This document shows positions 23,757 through 34,820 of a stretch of DNA of 64,000 nucleotides, piece after piece. The notes beneath the pieces were generated by a model. That model did no database searches and had not been told where the DNA came from. It worked only from the letters and a program-made list of their open reading frames with translations. The DNA is taken from NCBI GenBank assembly GCA_022605425.2, contig CM061246.1:1674001-1738000 (forward strand), in the 5' to 3' direction. The DNA is from Hamiltosporidium tvaerminnensis FI-OER-3-3. Lineage: Eukaryota; Fungi; Microsporidia. The stretch's first letter is position 1. Each line of letters opens with the position of its first letter. The translations under genes and the position numbers were made by a program.

Positions 23757-25035
23757 TGGGTAATCATTTAAAACAATTTAAATATTATTTTTAGATAAAA
23801 TATCTATTCGCCTACAATTTAATAAATTAATTTAACAAATATATCTTTTTTAATAGAAAAATTTTTTTACAATTTAATATAAAAGTATTTTATCAATAAA
23901 ATATATTTCGACCTAATAAATCTAAAGGTATTAGAATAATCTTTTCTTTTAAATCTTAAAATCTTTTAATTTACAATTTTGCAATAAAAAAATAAAAAAA
24001 ACACATTAAGAAGATGCTTTTTTAGTATTCTAAAAACAAAATATATATTTCAATCAAACGAAAATTAAAGCCTAAGCAATTTCAAAACCCGGAATGGAAA
24101 CTGACAAATTCCAAAAAGTTTTTTTAAGACCAAAATAGACGGCAAAAATATTTTATCAGTTATTGTCGGTCTAACTCTCTTTAAAAACATGTCTAAAATT
24201 GGGTTTTAGAAATATTTAATTCAATTACAACCAAAAATTTAAGTTATAGCAAAAAACGAGATAAAAAATGTATTATCAATCAAAAAAATTAAATTTTCAG
24301 ACAAAAAATAAAAAATCGTTTTTTTAAAAATAATTAAATATTTTATTTTTAAGGCAGTAATATTTATCCTTAAACCAAAGCTTACACATAATTTTTGAAT
24401 TGTAATACTTTTAAGATACAAATCCTTCGCAGATAAATTATGTTTTCTAAATATATGAAAGATTTAGACGATTGAATGTAATATAACAAATATTATATTT
24501 TTAATCGTATAAAGATATATATCTTTTAAAGTTAATTGTTGTGGACAGAAAGATGGAATAAAACAAAATTTCCATGTGCAGAAAATAAATTAATTATACT
24601 TTTAACCAGAGAAACATATGGATGTAATGACAACACACATCAGAGGAAATCAAAAACGGCAAATATATTTAATAATTGCAGATAATACCCAAAAAGATTT
24701 ATTTTTATACAAACAAATAATAATATTAAATAGAACATACAATAGAAAAAGTTAAAAAATATGTCTTTTGTGATTAGAAAAGCAAAAATAACATCTTCAT
24801 TGAAATCGAAACAAAAATCATAAAAAAAAACGTGATTTAAGTCATAATATTCTATAAACAAAATAAATATGTTTAAGGTGACTTAACTCAAATTTATTTG
24901 AATTTTAGTAAATACAGACAGCTTTAGCCAATATCCGAAGCGGCAAAAGCCGGTGAAAATACAAAAACAAAAAAATATTTAAAAAAACATAAACAATTGA
25001 ATAATCAATCGAATTTTCTTTCTATAAATTGAATA

Positions 25036-25261
25036 CGGTGAGAGAGGATAAACACATTGAAAACTATCTGGTTGGCAATGAGTGTGTAAAATTGTTAGGA
25101 AAATACTTGTCGATATCTTAGTGGGGGGTAAACCAATTTGGATCTACAGGTCAATCCTCTATAATCGCAAGTTACAACAGATAAAAAGAAGCAATTGAGA
25201 AATTTCCAGTTATTAATCTTTGACACCGAGAGATAAAAGAGAAATGGAATAAGTAAGTAAG
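25036..25261 (+). mobile_element. Unclassified SINE-like element, short form (N2, 226 bp)
   Basis: Perfect 11-bp TSD taaattgaata (25025-25035, 25262-25272); head gaggataaacacattgaaaactatctggttggcaatgagtgtg; (TAAG)3 tail. Confidence 0.85.
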
Positions 25262-25365
25262 TAAATTGAATAAAATATAGATTTTTTTAAAAAATAAAAA
25301 AAATTATAAAGAAAAAGCATTTCCACCGATTTTGTTTTTATTATGTATTTTAAGCGCCCTAAAAA

Positions 25366-25854
25366 ATGCTTGAAGAATTTGAAGATTTTAGAATCATAAA
25401 AAACGAAACAATGATATTTAACAAAAAAAATTGTATTATTTTTAATAAAAAGAAACAAAACAATGAAAAAAACTTAAATGAAAACTTAGAATCACTAATG
25501 AAAAATTATAATGAAAATCAAATGATTAAAAGTGAAATTGATGATAAAATATCTATAGAAACCGAATTTCCGTTCAATCCAATTCTTAAATCCAATAAGA
25601 TTGGTGGTCATATATCTACTGAATTGTATTACAAATATTTAATTGTAAAAATATTGAAGATTCTTGATATCCATATAAATCTAAAAATAATTGTTTTGAG
25701 TGAAGTCTGTGAAATACAGGATTTTTTTGAAGGATTTTTCATATTTTTAGAAAAAATTGAGGCTTCAAAATCAAAATGTGAATTTATTTGTCAAAATGAT
25801 AAAGAAATCATATTAATCAATGGACTTGTTGTATATGAAAATAATATCATTTAA
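25366..25854 (+). CDS. Hypothetical protein (162 aa)
   Basis: ORF with gccctaaaaaATG context and host-like composition. Confidence 0.65.
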   Translation: MLEEFEDFRIIKNETMIFNKKNCIIFNKKKQNNEKNLNENLESLMKNYNENQMIKSEIDDKISIETEFPFNPILKSNKIGGHISTELYYKYLIVKILKILDIHINLKIIVLSEVCEIQDFFEGFFIFLEKIEASKSKCEFICQNDKEIILINGLVVYENNII

Positions 25855-26699
25855 CTTAATATAGTTATTTAGAGTTGTTTATAATTCTGATTTTAATTCT
25901 ATTATGTACTTGAATCGATATTTTATTTGGAATTTCAATCTTTTTAATTGAAAGATTTTTAATTGAAAGATTTTAAAAAAATTATTTATGATATAAATTT
26001 CCATTAAAAAAATGTTGAATCTTATTCTCTTTAAATATTTTATTTTTTCTAGATATTTCCACTCCAATATTCTTTATTAAAGAAATATGTCTTGTGTTTA
26101 GATTTTTCTTTCCAAAATTATATAAGTATCAACTCGTTATTTCTATATTATTTAAATTAAAGTTTTCGGTTTTCTATTTTGTTGTATATATGACCATAAG
26201 AGATTATTAAGAGTTTAAATTATTTCACATCAAAATTTGATTTAAATTGTGTTTAAATTTTTAAACAGTAAAATTTATTTGTTATTCGATTCACAATTTT
26301 CAAAACATTTGAAAACAGTAGAAATTTATAATTTTATTTTGCATTTCGTTTTTATTTTTGCAAATGAATACTTTTTGAGTTACTTTTTACTTTTTAATAA
26401 TATGTTCACAGTTTTTATACACATTCATCTATGTAAAGCTATTATCAACAGCAATTCTATATAATGAAACATTGCGGGAATATAATTAGCATTTCTTTCT
26501 ACATATTGATACAAAACTTTTATTATCAAAACTTTTATTTAACAATTGATTGAAAATACTGATCGAGTTTAATTTGAAACAAAAATATATTTGCATTGTA
26601 AAAATATTCTTTTTGATTTAAATCTATATGTTGCATTAGCTTTAAATTTTATTGCTAATATCACTATTTATGAATATGTAACATTTGAATTTTTTAAAT

Positions 26700-26883
26700 A
26701 TATTTATCATTATTATAATAGGCGATTGATCTAAAGAAGATGTATTTTATTCTAAGTACAAACCTATCTTAAAAGAAAATACATTTTAAAGATATTTATC
26801 ATTATTATAATAGGCGATTGATCTAAAAAAGATTTATTTTATTCTAAGTACAAACCTATCTTAAAAGAAAATACATTTTAAAG
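26700..26883. repeat. 92-bp tandem duplication
   Basis: atatttatcattattataataggcgattgatc...acattttaaag at 26700 and 26792, near identical. Confidence 0.95.
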
Positions 26884-27434
26884 CTTTTAATGATGATAAA
26901 TAGTAAAATTTATTTCGTAAAAAGCTATAAATTATTTATAAAAAAATAAATCGTTTCATTAAACTTTTAAAAAGTTTGTTTCAAAGCTTTGTAAATTTTT
27001 CTTTTGATATTATTAAACGAATATATTACACAATACAAATAGAAAAGATAAAAAATCATTTAATTAGTCAATATTTTCATTCTAAAGTAAAATCGAGTTT
27101 ATATTTCTTGTAATTAGAAAAATTAAAGAATAATTACAGAGAAAAATTCGTTGTTCAAACATATTTCTATAATTAGAAATAAATAATATATTTAGCTTGT
27201 TTTTAAAGTCTTACTTTAATAACATGTATGAGATTGAAATCTAAGCTAAATTTTCCAAAACCAGATCTCTAGTTTTTTCAGTTCAAAAAAATTTAAATTA
27301 TTTAATTTGCTTTTTTAAAAATTATAAATATTCAGTATTTTATAACTTTTCAATTTATAAAACAATCCTTAATCACACAGTAAAATATAAAATAAATATG
27401 CGTGTATTTAATACTATAATACTTTGATACAATA

Positions 27435-27535
27435 AAATCTTATACTTTAATACCATAATATCTTATACCATAATATCTTATACTTTAATACCTTAATACT
27501 TTAATACCATAATATCTTATACTATAATACCTTGA
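27435..27535. repeat. Irregular AT-rich minisatellite
   Basis: Repeated taataccataatatcttatac / tactttaatacc units. Confidence 0.8.
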
Positions 27536-27914
27536 TTAACAAAACAATCAATTACGATTACAGTTCATTCTAGATAAAATTTGTAATCCTTTACTTATTA
27601 CTTAATGATTGTTTTCTAAAAGAATCTGTTCATAATATTTAAAACTAATGATTTATAATTTAGAGAATTTACAAAAAGACTGCTTTGAATAAATCATAAA
27701 TAAATATTTTTTTTATAAATCTAAATATTTATCTTCAAAAATAATCTATTCAGTTTAAATCTGTCGGCAATAAATTCACAAATTTTTGAATTAAAAAAAA
27801 TCTTTAATTATCTGATGTAAAATACTAATATGGATATGGATGAATAATACTTTTAAAAGATTATTTATAGTAAATTATTTCATACATTTTTATTTGGAAA
27901 ATAATAAACTTAGG

Positions 27915-28080
27915 TTTGAATTAGAAGTAAACGAAATTAAAATTTACTTCTTTTTTGTAAAAAAATATATTTTTTTTTTACTTTTTTTATAAAATTTAGT
28001 TTTGAAATAGAAGTAAACGAAATTACAATTTACTTCTTTTTGTAAAAAAATATATTTTTTTTTTACTTTTTTTATAAAAC
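27915..28080. repeat. ~86-bp tandem duplication
   Basis: tagaagtaaacgaaatt.aatttacttctttt... at 27922 and 28008. Confidence 0.9.
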
Positions 28081-28409
28081 TAAGTTTTATAATTTATTAA
28101 AGAGGTGGAAAAAAATGTATAAAAATAGGAAAAAAATATTTTTTAACTTAGAATTTTATTAAATACAAAATAATTCATTAAATCTATATTTTCAGTCAAT
28201 ATAAGAATTCTCTGAAATAAAGTAAATGGACAAATATTTTTTTTTATTTTGATCTGATTTTTAAATATTGAATTATAGTTTATTAATTTAATTAAATCAG
28301 GTCCTCATATTAATGAAAATGAAACAAAGTAGATAATGAATTTGAGGAATCAAGAAAATTTTATAGTTTATTCTCAATTATATGAATACCGCTCTGAGAA
28401 TATAGCCTT

Positions 28410-29010
28410 TTTTAAATATTTAGGAGTGCTTCTGACAAATAATAATTACAAAAAAGGTGAAATAAAATAGAGAATTTAAGAAGAAAAAAAGTGTATTTTG
28501 GCTTATAAGAAATTTCAAAATCACGACTGTTAAGCTGGAGAAGCAAGCAACTAATATATAAGACTATCTTAAACCTATAGTAATAACAGAAGCGAAACTT
28601 GGATATTGACAAATTATAAAGCATATTGGGGATGTGGGAACGAAATATTCCTTAGAGAATATACGGACTAATACGAAATTAGCAAGGGGGGTAGCGAATT
28701 GTAATAGCATCAAATACTAACATTTATATAGAAATACATGATCTTTAAAAAAATAAATGAACCTAACTCGGATGGCTGAGTTCCTCTTGAACGAATGCCA
28801 AAAAAAGCATTAAAAAAGGGGGTATATGTTTAAATCCGAAGGTCGAAGTCTTTATGATCGCCCCAAAACCAGATGGTGTTAAAAAAATATATCAGCAACC
28901 TTTGTATAAGCCAATCTAAAATATTGGCGCTTGATCTTATCGGTGGAAGTTTATAGTAAACGAGGCTAAGGCACTTGATTTGCCGTAATCTCAAAGAGTA
29001 AGTAAATGTA
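28410..29010 (+). mobile_element. 5'-truncated decayed RTE LINE 3' fragment
   Basis: Remnants KSRLLSWRSKQLIYKTI, ETWIL, MWERN, LRRIYG-like; gaggctaaggcac...gccgtaatctc end followed by gtaagtaa. Confidence 0.7.
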
Positions 29011-29491
29011 ATAAAAGTATAAATAGAATAAAAATTTATTAACCATTAATTGCTTAAAAGTCTATTTGATTTTGAAGATTTTTAGTTTCAATAAATCGAG
29101 TGATTTATCGTTTGGATTTTTCTTCTTTTTTTTAATATTTGTTCCCAAAAATATTTTGAAAAGATGAAAGAAACTTTCTAATTAGAAAATATCTTAAGAA
29201 AACGAAGGGTCTTTTGTTCAAATATATTTTAAAATTTTTTTTTAACTCTGATAAAGTGCAGGGTAAAAAAATGACTTTAAATATGGAAATATAGAGCTTT
29301 TAATCACATAAATAAATTATTTCACATATTTAAGACATTAAATTCTTTTTCTTACTTTTTTAAAATCGTGTTTTATAGAATTATAGTCTTCCCATTTTAT
29401 CCGATTTAAATTAAAATTTACAAATTTTAAAAATACAATTTTTGTGAAATTTTTTTTATTTTTTTAATTTATAAAAATTACAGAATTTTGA

Positions 29492-29494
29492 CCC
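29492..29494 (+). promoter_or_regulatory. Microsporidian-type CCC motif before ATG (representative instance)
   Basis: gacccaaaATG; CCC also lies within ~10 nt upstream of the ATGs at 23756, 25366, 34820, 52184, 60312 and 63507. Confidence 0.7.
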
Positions 29495-29497
29495 AAA

Positions 29498-30388
29498 ATG
29501 GTCAACTACTCATGCAGATTCTACGAAAATGAATATCCAAATATCGGAGAAATTGTAGTAGGAAGAATCACAAAGGTTACTGATTTAGGTGTATATTTGG
29601 ATTTACTAGAATATAACAATTTAGAGGGTTTGATTGTAATAGGAGAACTGACAAAAAAACGTATAAGAAATATACAACAACACGTTAAAATCGGAAAAAT
29701 CGATGTAGGATTTGTAATCCGTGTCGACAAAGATAAAAGATACATTGATTTAAGTAGAAAGAAAGTCACAAAAGAGGATCAAGATATGTGCTTAAAGAAA
29801 TATGCAATAAATAAAATTTCACATAATGTCATGGTTTTGGTAGCAAAAAAAACGAACGTTCAACTTTTAAAGCTGTATGAAGATTTTGGATGGAAGAAAG
29901 TTCAAGAACATGGAACTTTATACAATTATTTTTCAAAAATAATGAATAATATAGAAAACGTAGAAAATAACGAATTCGGTAAAATTTTATTTGAGTGTAT
30001 TAAGATGAAATTTACTGTTTCAAAAGTAAAAGTAAGAGCAGATATTGATGTCACATGTGCTGCTTCTGGGGGTATAACTGCTATTAAAGATGCACTTACT
30101 TCTGTTAAAAATGTTTATCCTAAAATTGAACTTCACCTTATAAAACCACCAACATTTTCTATAATTATTAATACCGATGATAAAGAAAAAGGAATAAATA
30201 TTATAAAAAGTGCATGTAATTTAATTTCTGAAAATATTCGAAAACTCGGCGGAACTTTTGCTGTTTCAAATGAGGCAAAAGTATACGGAGAAAAAAATCG
30301 TATCGATTTATTGGTTAAAGAAATGAATGATTTGGCAGAATACAACGATAGTGAAGAAGATTCAAATGCTGATAAAATAAATGAGTAA
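29498..30388 (+). CDS. SUI2: Translation initiation factor eIF2 subunit alpha
   Basis: CRFYENEYP, LLEYNNLEG, RVDKDKRYIDLS, VRADIDVTC...GITAIKDAL, LIKPP, acidic tail. Confidence 0.96.
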   Translation: MVNYSCRFYENEYPNIGEIVVGRITKVTDLGVYLDLLEYNNLEGLIVIGELTKKRIRNIQQHVKIGKIDVGFVIRVDKDKRYIDLSRKKVTKEDQDMCLKKYAINKISHNVMVLVAKKTNVQLLKLYEDFGWKKVQEHGTLYNYFSKIMNNIENVENNEFGKILFECIKMKFTVSKVKVRADIDVTCAASGGITAIKDALTSVKNVYPKIELHLIKPPTFSIIINTDDKEKGINIIKSACNLISENIRKLGGTFAVSNEAKVYGEKNRIDLLVKEMNDLAEYNDSEEDSNADKINE

Positions 30389-30606
30389 TTATGCAATAAA
30401 AATTTCTGCTGCTTTTTTTATCTTTTAGTAAATTTATAATTCTTTTGACTTTTATTTTCAAGTTTGAATTTCGACTCTAATAATAAAAAATAAAAAAAAC
30501 TGTATTTTTTTACTTTCCAATATCTCGAAATAAACAATTTACATAAAAAAATCCTAATTTGGAAAACAAATAAAAACGGTTTTTTTCTAAAAAATTCTTG
30601 GCAACT

Positions 30607-30748
30607 TTATTAGATTGTATAATACTCCATGTTTGATTAAAAAATAAATATAAATTAGTAAAGGAAGATTAAAATTATTAGATTGTATAATACTCCATGT
30701 TTGATTAAAAAATAAATATAAATTAGTAAAGGAAGATTAAAATTATTA
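30607..30748. repeat. 68-bp perfect tandem duplication
   Basis: ttattagattgtataatactccatg...ggaagattaaaa at 30607 and 30675. Confidence 0.95.
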
Positions 30749-30910
30749 TTTATAAACAATTTTTTAATTTATTATATCTACTATTTCTAAGATTATACCA
30801 AGTTTAAGCTTATCCATTCTAAACTACTTTTTTATTTTTTTTTAAACTTAAAAATTATATCAATCTACGTTATAAGAATTAGATTATCATTAAATTGGAT
30901 TCTGTTGTAA

Positions 30911-30956
30911 GAAGACCCGGGCTTTTTAAGAGCCGTAATACCCCTTAGTAAAGGTA
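30911..30956 (+). mobile_element. 46-bp extremely 5'-truncated RTE insertion
   Basis: Perfect 13-bp TSD gattctgttgtaa (30898-30910, 30957-30969); the insert matches the RTE 3' end at ~63046-63090 (cccggg...tttaagagccgta). Confidence 0.85.
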
Positions 30957-31734
30957 GATTCTGTTGTAAAAAATAATAAAGAAATATTGTTTTTAGCAAA
31001 TAAATTTTAATTCAAATTTAATATTTTTGAATTATTTTGGCTATTCCAATCTTTAAATAGCTGTTTAGTATTCTTGATATATTTTTTTATTGTATTGAGA
31101 TCATCTATCTCAAATATCAATCTTCTTTTTTACACCCAAATATTAGATATTTATACATTTCTTCTTGATGTTTATTATTGTTAAAAACTAATTTATTATA
31201 AATATTTTTGTTTATATGACTTATATTTATTTTTACTTGGGATAAAGTATAAATTCCCAAAATATTCTATATTAGGATAATTTAAAAATTTACAATTCTT
31301 TCTACTTTGTGTTAGCAATATAGCTGTTTTCTAGTTCGATTAAGTTTCTAACATACTTCTTATAAAAATTTTTATATCTTCATTACACATTACTTCATAA
31401 AAATTACCCAGATTTTATATTATATAGATAGCCTCGGAACTTGTAAAATGATTTAAATTTAAAATTATTTATTTACAAAAATTTAAAGCGCATTTTCTGG
31501 TATATTTTGTCAAACAACTATTTTGTTTAAATGAGTTCTTTTATATGGATTGGACATTTCATGTTTTTTTTAAATACACATTTTAATAATTATTGGGACA
31601 TATAGGCTTTCACACAGTAAGTATTGGAGAAAAGTTTCTTCTTATTAGTTTATAACTAATAGTATAAAATATATTTTGATTTTTTAAATCCTTTCCTAGA
31701 AAATTATTTAAATTATTATGTAATTAGCTTTGAA

Positions 31735-32476
31735 AAGTGTAAGGAAGATAACCACATAAAAAACTTTCTGCTTGGCAATGAGTGTGTGGAACTGGTTTGA
31801 GGTCATTGTTCGAATTTCTCGTGGGAATCAAACCACACTACATCTTCAGTTGTTCCATGGGAGTTGTTATGAGGAGGAGAGTCCTAAGAAATGGAGAAAC
31901 TTTTTCTACAAATTTTTTTGTAGTTTTTTATGTAACCAGATTGCAGACCGCAGCTGAAAATTTAGGTAATTACCATGTAAAAGCATGGAAGCCTAGCCTT
32001 GCTTACTCAGGTTAGAAGACTTAGCGCCTGGGAAATATAAAAATAAAAGCCATTTAAAGACAGGAAAGCTAAGTAGCAGGTTATAGCTGTTAGTATGACA
32101 TTGCATTGTCTAGGTGGACCCCATGTAAATCTCTGAAATATATCTTAGCTAGAAGTTTATTGGGTTCAGAAAGTGTAGAGTAAGTAGAAATGCTGCATGG
32201 TCTTGGGGGAGCCCTGGGGGGCTTCGGACTTCGATCACACTCCATGCAACGGACATTAACGAACTCCAAACAACTCTCTCGCCTATTAATTAGGTTCTGC
32301 ACACCTGATAGATGAAAGGCTTTGGGACGTAGGTATTGCAGGGGTTACCAATGGAGCGTTAGTTTAGCAGTTATTTATATTAAACCTAGAACTGCGTTAA
32401 TGCCATGAAAACAAATATAACACTTGCCACTCTTTTAAAAAGATGTGATACTTTTAAATAAAGTCTTGAAACAGAT
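31735..32476 (+). mobile_element. Unclassified SINE-like element, long form (L2, 742 bp)
   Basis: 14-bp TSD with one mismatch, taattagctttgaa (31721-31734) / taatgagctttgaa (32477-32490); end-to-end match to L1. Confidence 0.88.
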
Positions 32477-32849
32477 TAATGAGCTTTGAATTTACATTTT
32501 AGATATTAATGGGTCAAAATATACGTCTTTAAAAGATATTATTTCAGGTGTGATTTATCCGTATTTGATTATATGAAGCGGTAATATAATATATCTACGA
32601 CGCTAGGGGTTTAAATATTTTTTTTTGTTTCTTTTCGCATTGTCTGATACAAATAAAAGTGATATTTAATTTAAACAGTTATAATATTCGGAATGTTAGA
32701 AAATAAACATGAAGATTTGAAAATTCAAGTATATTTTATCAAATCAATAAAAAGAATTTATAAATTTAACAATTATTTTCGATAAAATATAAGTCTAGAA
32801 TTCAAAATATTTTATTTTCTATAGTTAATTACCTTTAAAAAAATATATT

Positions 32850-34820
32850 TTATTCATTTTTTATTATACCGGTTAAATAAACCATAACATTATCTTCTTC
32901 TACTCTCATACACTCAACCACCCAAAACGCCTCTAAATTGATAAAATTATTTAAAACAAAATTTGATTCACAAAAACAGTTTTTAAAAATCAAAATTCTG
33001 ATTCTTTGTTCGTTATTTTCGATTATTGCAAATCCCGAGTTTTGAATTTGATTCATTCCATTTTCGGAATATTCAATATCAAAAACATCCATCGTTTGTA
33101 AGCTTATATTTCCATCTTCTTTAATAAAACTCAAAGTATTATTTTCAGATATAAAACTATTATACTCTGTTTCATTCTCGTCGAACTCGTAAATATTTTT
33201 TAGATCAAAAGATACAAGCTTACCTTTAAAACATACTTTTCTTGATTCGTTAATAATTAAATTCTTACAAATTAAATATATTTCATTTATTTCACAGACG
33301 TATGGTTTAAAAAAATCACCGACTTCATAATCGTTTCCATTTATATTCTCATATTTTACAACATTCATATCAGACATTGAAATATAATTGTCTGGTAAAA
33401 ACCCAATAGCTCCATAAATTAAAAGTTCGTTTTGTACATCATTTTTTGAATCAACATCAGAAAAAATATTTGAATCGGACATTTCATTTTCATAGAAAGC
33501 AACATTTTTTGAAAAATCATTTTTTAATGTTTCAACTAAATCAGGCAATACAGATTCATTCTCATCAAATACATCTTTAAAATCATTCATTTGATTCTCA
33601 GTATTTTTTTCAATTTCAGAATTATTTTTCCCGATATTTTTAATTTCTGAATTATTTAAATTAACTGAATTAATTATTTCCATATCCGTATAAATACTAG
33701 AACAATATATAAATTCATTTCCTCTCTCAATTTTTCTTGTATTTATTAATACTATTTCATCTCCCACTTTTACATCATAAAAGACAGTTGAACATATAAA
33801 TACTACAACAGAATAAACCATACCATTTGATTTTGTTGTATCACAAATTCTCATCAAAAAATATTCATAAATTTTACCACCTCTTTCTAAGTAACAACCA
33901 TACTTATTTCTTTTACGTAATAAAATACTTAAATAAGTAACAATTCCTTTCAAACTATAAAAAGGCAATTTAGAATGAATTTCTAAAAAACTATCCACAG
34001 GTTTAAACTTATATTTATATAAATTAGAAAATTTATCAAAATCATTTTTTTGTTCTACATCCTGAGCCAAATAAATTTTAGTATCTTTTACTGTTTTGAT
34101 TTCTGAACAATTAAAATAATTTAATTCATTAAATTCGTTATATACAATTTTGTTGCTGTGGAATCCTTGATTTTCACAATTTTTATACTTAATTATAACA
34201 ATTACATCATTTACTTTTATAGAAGAAAATTTCAAATTCCAACAAAATATTTTCAATAAACAATCTGAAGATGAAAATATTAGAACAAAAAAATTGTTAT
34301 TGATTCTTGTTTTATACAAAACCTTTCCAATCAAATTTACGCTTTTCTTTTTGAGTTTTATTGCCCGATCAACAGTATAAACATCTCCATATTTACATTT
34401 AAATAATTCTGGTCCCAAATTAAATAATTCTATATTTTTTAGTTTTCTAGTTTCAAACGGTTTTATATCATTTAGAAACGGGAATGTAGCGAATACATCT
34501 ATATGTTTAGAAATCAAATCATTACTTTCTTGGGAATTCGATTCATTTAAATTTGAATCTGAATATTTCTCATTTTCATTACTTTCTAACAAAATATTAT
34601 TTTCTAAATCAATAAATTTTTTTTCGAATTTTATTACATTATTACTGTCAGATATTATTTTAATGATGTCTCCGATATAATATCTGCCTTTAATTATTTC
34701 ATTATTTAATGATTTACATATTTTTTTGTAAATGATTATACGATTCGATAAATCATAAAGTTTTATTCTAAAACAAATATTCGGTGGTGGTGTTCGAGTA
34801 ATGGACAGTATTTTATACAT
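32850..34820 (-). CDS. Multi-OB-fold ssDNA-binding protein, RPA1/RADX-like (656 aa)
   Basis: Beta-rich repeats with OB-type patterns: VNLIGKVLYKTRI...KIFCWN...SIKVNDVIVI and SLKGIVTYLS...MRICDTT...DVKVGDEIVL; CCC before the ATG. Confidence 0.6.
   Translation of the reverse strand: MYKILSITRTPPPNICFRIKLYDLSNRIIIYKKICKSLNNEIIKGRYYIGDIIKIISDSNNVIKFEKKFIDLENNILLESNENEKYSDSNLNESNSQESNDLISKHIDVFATFPFLNDIKPFETRKLKNIELFNLGPELFKCKYGDVYTVDRAIKLKKKSVNLIGKVLYKTRINNNFFVLIFSSSDCLLKIFCWNLKFSSIKVNDVIVIIKYKNCENQGFHSNKIVYNEFNELNYFNCSEIKTVKDTKIYLAQDVEQKNDFDKFSNLYKYKFKPVDSFLEIHSKLPFYSLKGIVTYLSILLRKRNKYGCYLERGGKIYEYFLMRICDTTKSNGMVYSVVVFICSTVFYDVKVGDEIVLINTRKIERGNEFIYCSSIYTDMEIINSVNLNNSEIKNIGKNNSEIEKNTENQMNDFKDVFDENESVLPDLVETLKNDFSKNVAFYENEMSDSNIFSDVDSKNDVQNELLIYGAIGFLPDNYISMSDMNVVKYENINGNDYEVGDFFKPYVCEINEIYLICKNLIINESRKVCFKGKLVSFDLKNIYEFDENETEYNSFISENNTLSFIKEDGNISLQTMDVFDIEYSENGMNQIQNSGFAIIENNEQRIRILIFKNCFCESNFVLNNFINLEAFWVVECMRVEEDNVMVYLTGIIKNE

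Noticed and set aside
25879-26472. Possible decayed secreted-protein gene (cccgcaATG, MFHYIELLLIIALHR*)
   Set aside because: Many stops and no recognisable homology; cannot be supported.
26700-28080. CRISPR-like array
   Set aside because: Simple tandem duplications without unique spacers; eukaryotic context; no cas genes.
32295-32325. Hammerhead-like core (ctgatagatgaaa)
   Set aside because: Not CUGANGA, no flanking stems, and not conserved in L1.
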